The notes below the pieces were generated by a model. The model was not told where the DNA came from, made no database searches, and saw nothing but the letters and a program-made list of their open reading frames with translations. A stretch of DNA of 64,000 nucleotides from Pirellulales bacterium (GTDB taxonomy: Bacteria; Planctomycetota; Planctomycetia; Pirellulales; JAICIG01): the NCBI GenBank assembly GCA_035252155.1, contig DATFDL010000776.1, positions 1,392-65,391 on the forward strand, written 5' to 3'. Position numbers and translations under genes: made by a program. Of this stretch, positions 63,999-64,000 are shown one piece after another; the first letter of the stretch is position 1; every line of letters starts with the position of its first letter.

Positions 63999-64000
63999 GT

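Overview
GC-rich bacterial chromosomal segment. The gene content and the many GTAG-headed palindromic intergenic repeats suggest a Planctomycetota (Pirellulales-like) genome: four PQQ-like beta-propeller proteins with DWPxWRGP N-termini, a DUF1559-type protein, and small membrane proteins with an RxQFS[LI][RK] motif. This placement comes from recalled family patterns; no search was run. The backbone is housekeeping genes (purN, trpD, mutM, mdh, floA, mnmA, pgi, pyrG, kdsB, trpS, pyrD, an HU/IHF protein, ABC transporters). Interleaved accessory modules are: (1) a MoxR-DUF58-transglutaminase operon interrupted by a toxin-antitoxin cassette whose PIN toxin is decayed; (2) two more TA-like pairs, one intact DUF433/DUF5615 and one with an internally deleted PIN; (3) a convergent type II restriction-modification pair; (4) two separate non-canonical Hsp70 modules, a lidless Hsp70 coupled to an HPD-less J-like/T2SSE_N membrane protein and a PIG-L deacetylase coupled to a 952-aa Hsp70-like protein; (5) a GT21-like glycosyltransferase plus B12-radical-SAM pair; (6) a split arginine-dihydrolase-like/LOR-SDH-like pair; (7) a secreted Met/Gly-rich low-complexity protein. 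The most unusual signal is non-coding. A family of intergenic elements has arms made of 7-8 nt tandem repeats, e.g. telomere-like (GGGTTCA)n facing (TGAACCC)n. Their polarity is the same at every site: G-rich arm, core, then C-rich arm in the direction of transcription, with the C-rich array ending 0-105 nt before a start codon. Most G arms fit the G-quadruplex consensus. There are also at least seven classes of REP/REPIN-like hairpins with GT[AG]G heads, one of which has a 25-nt arm copy inside a coding region. No rRNA, tRNA, CRISPR array or transposase was recognised. All calls rest on reading motifs in the supplied ORF track and on my own translations. Many long ORFs in the track are antisense or alternative-frame artefacts of high GC and were ignored.
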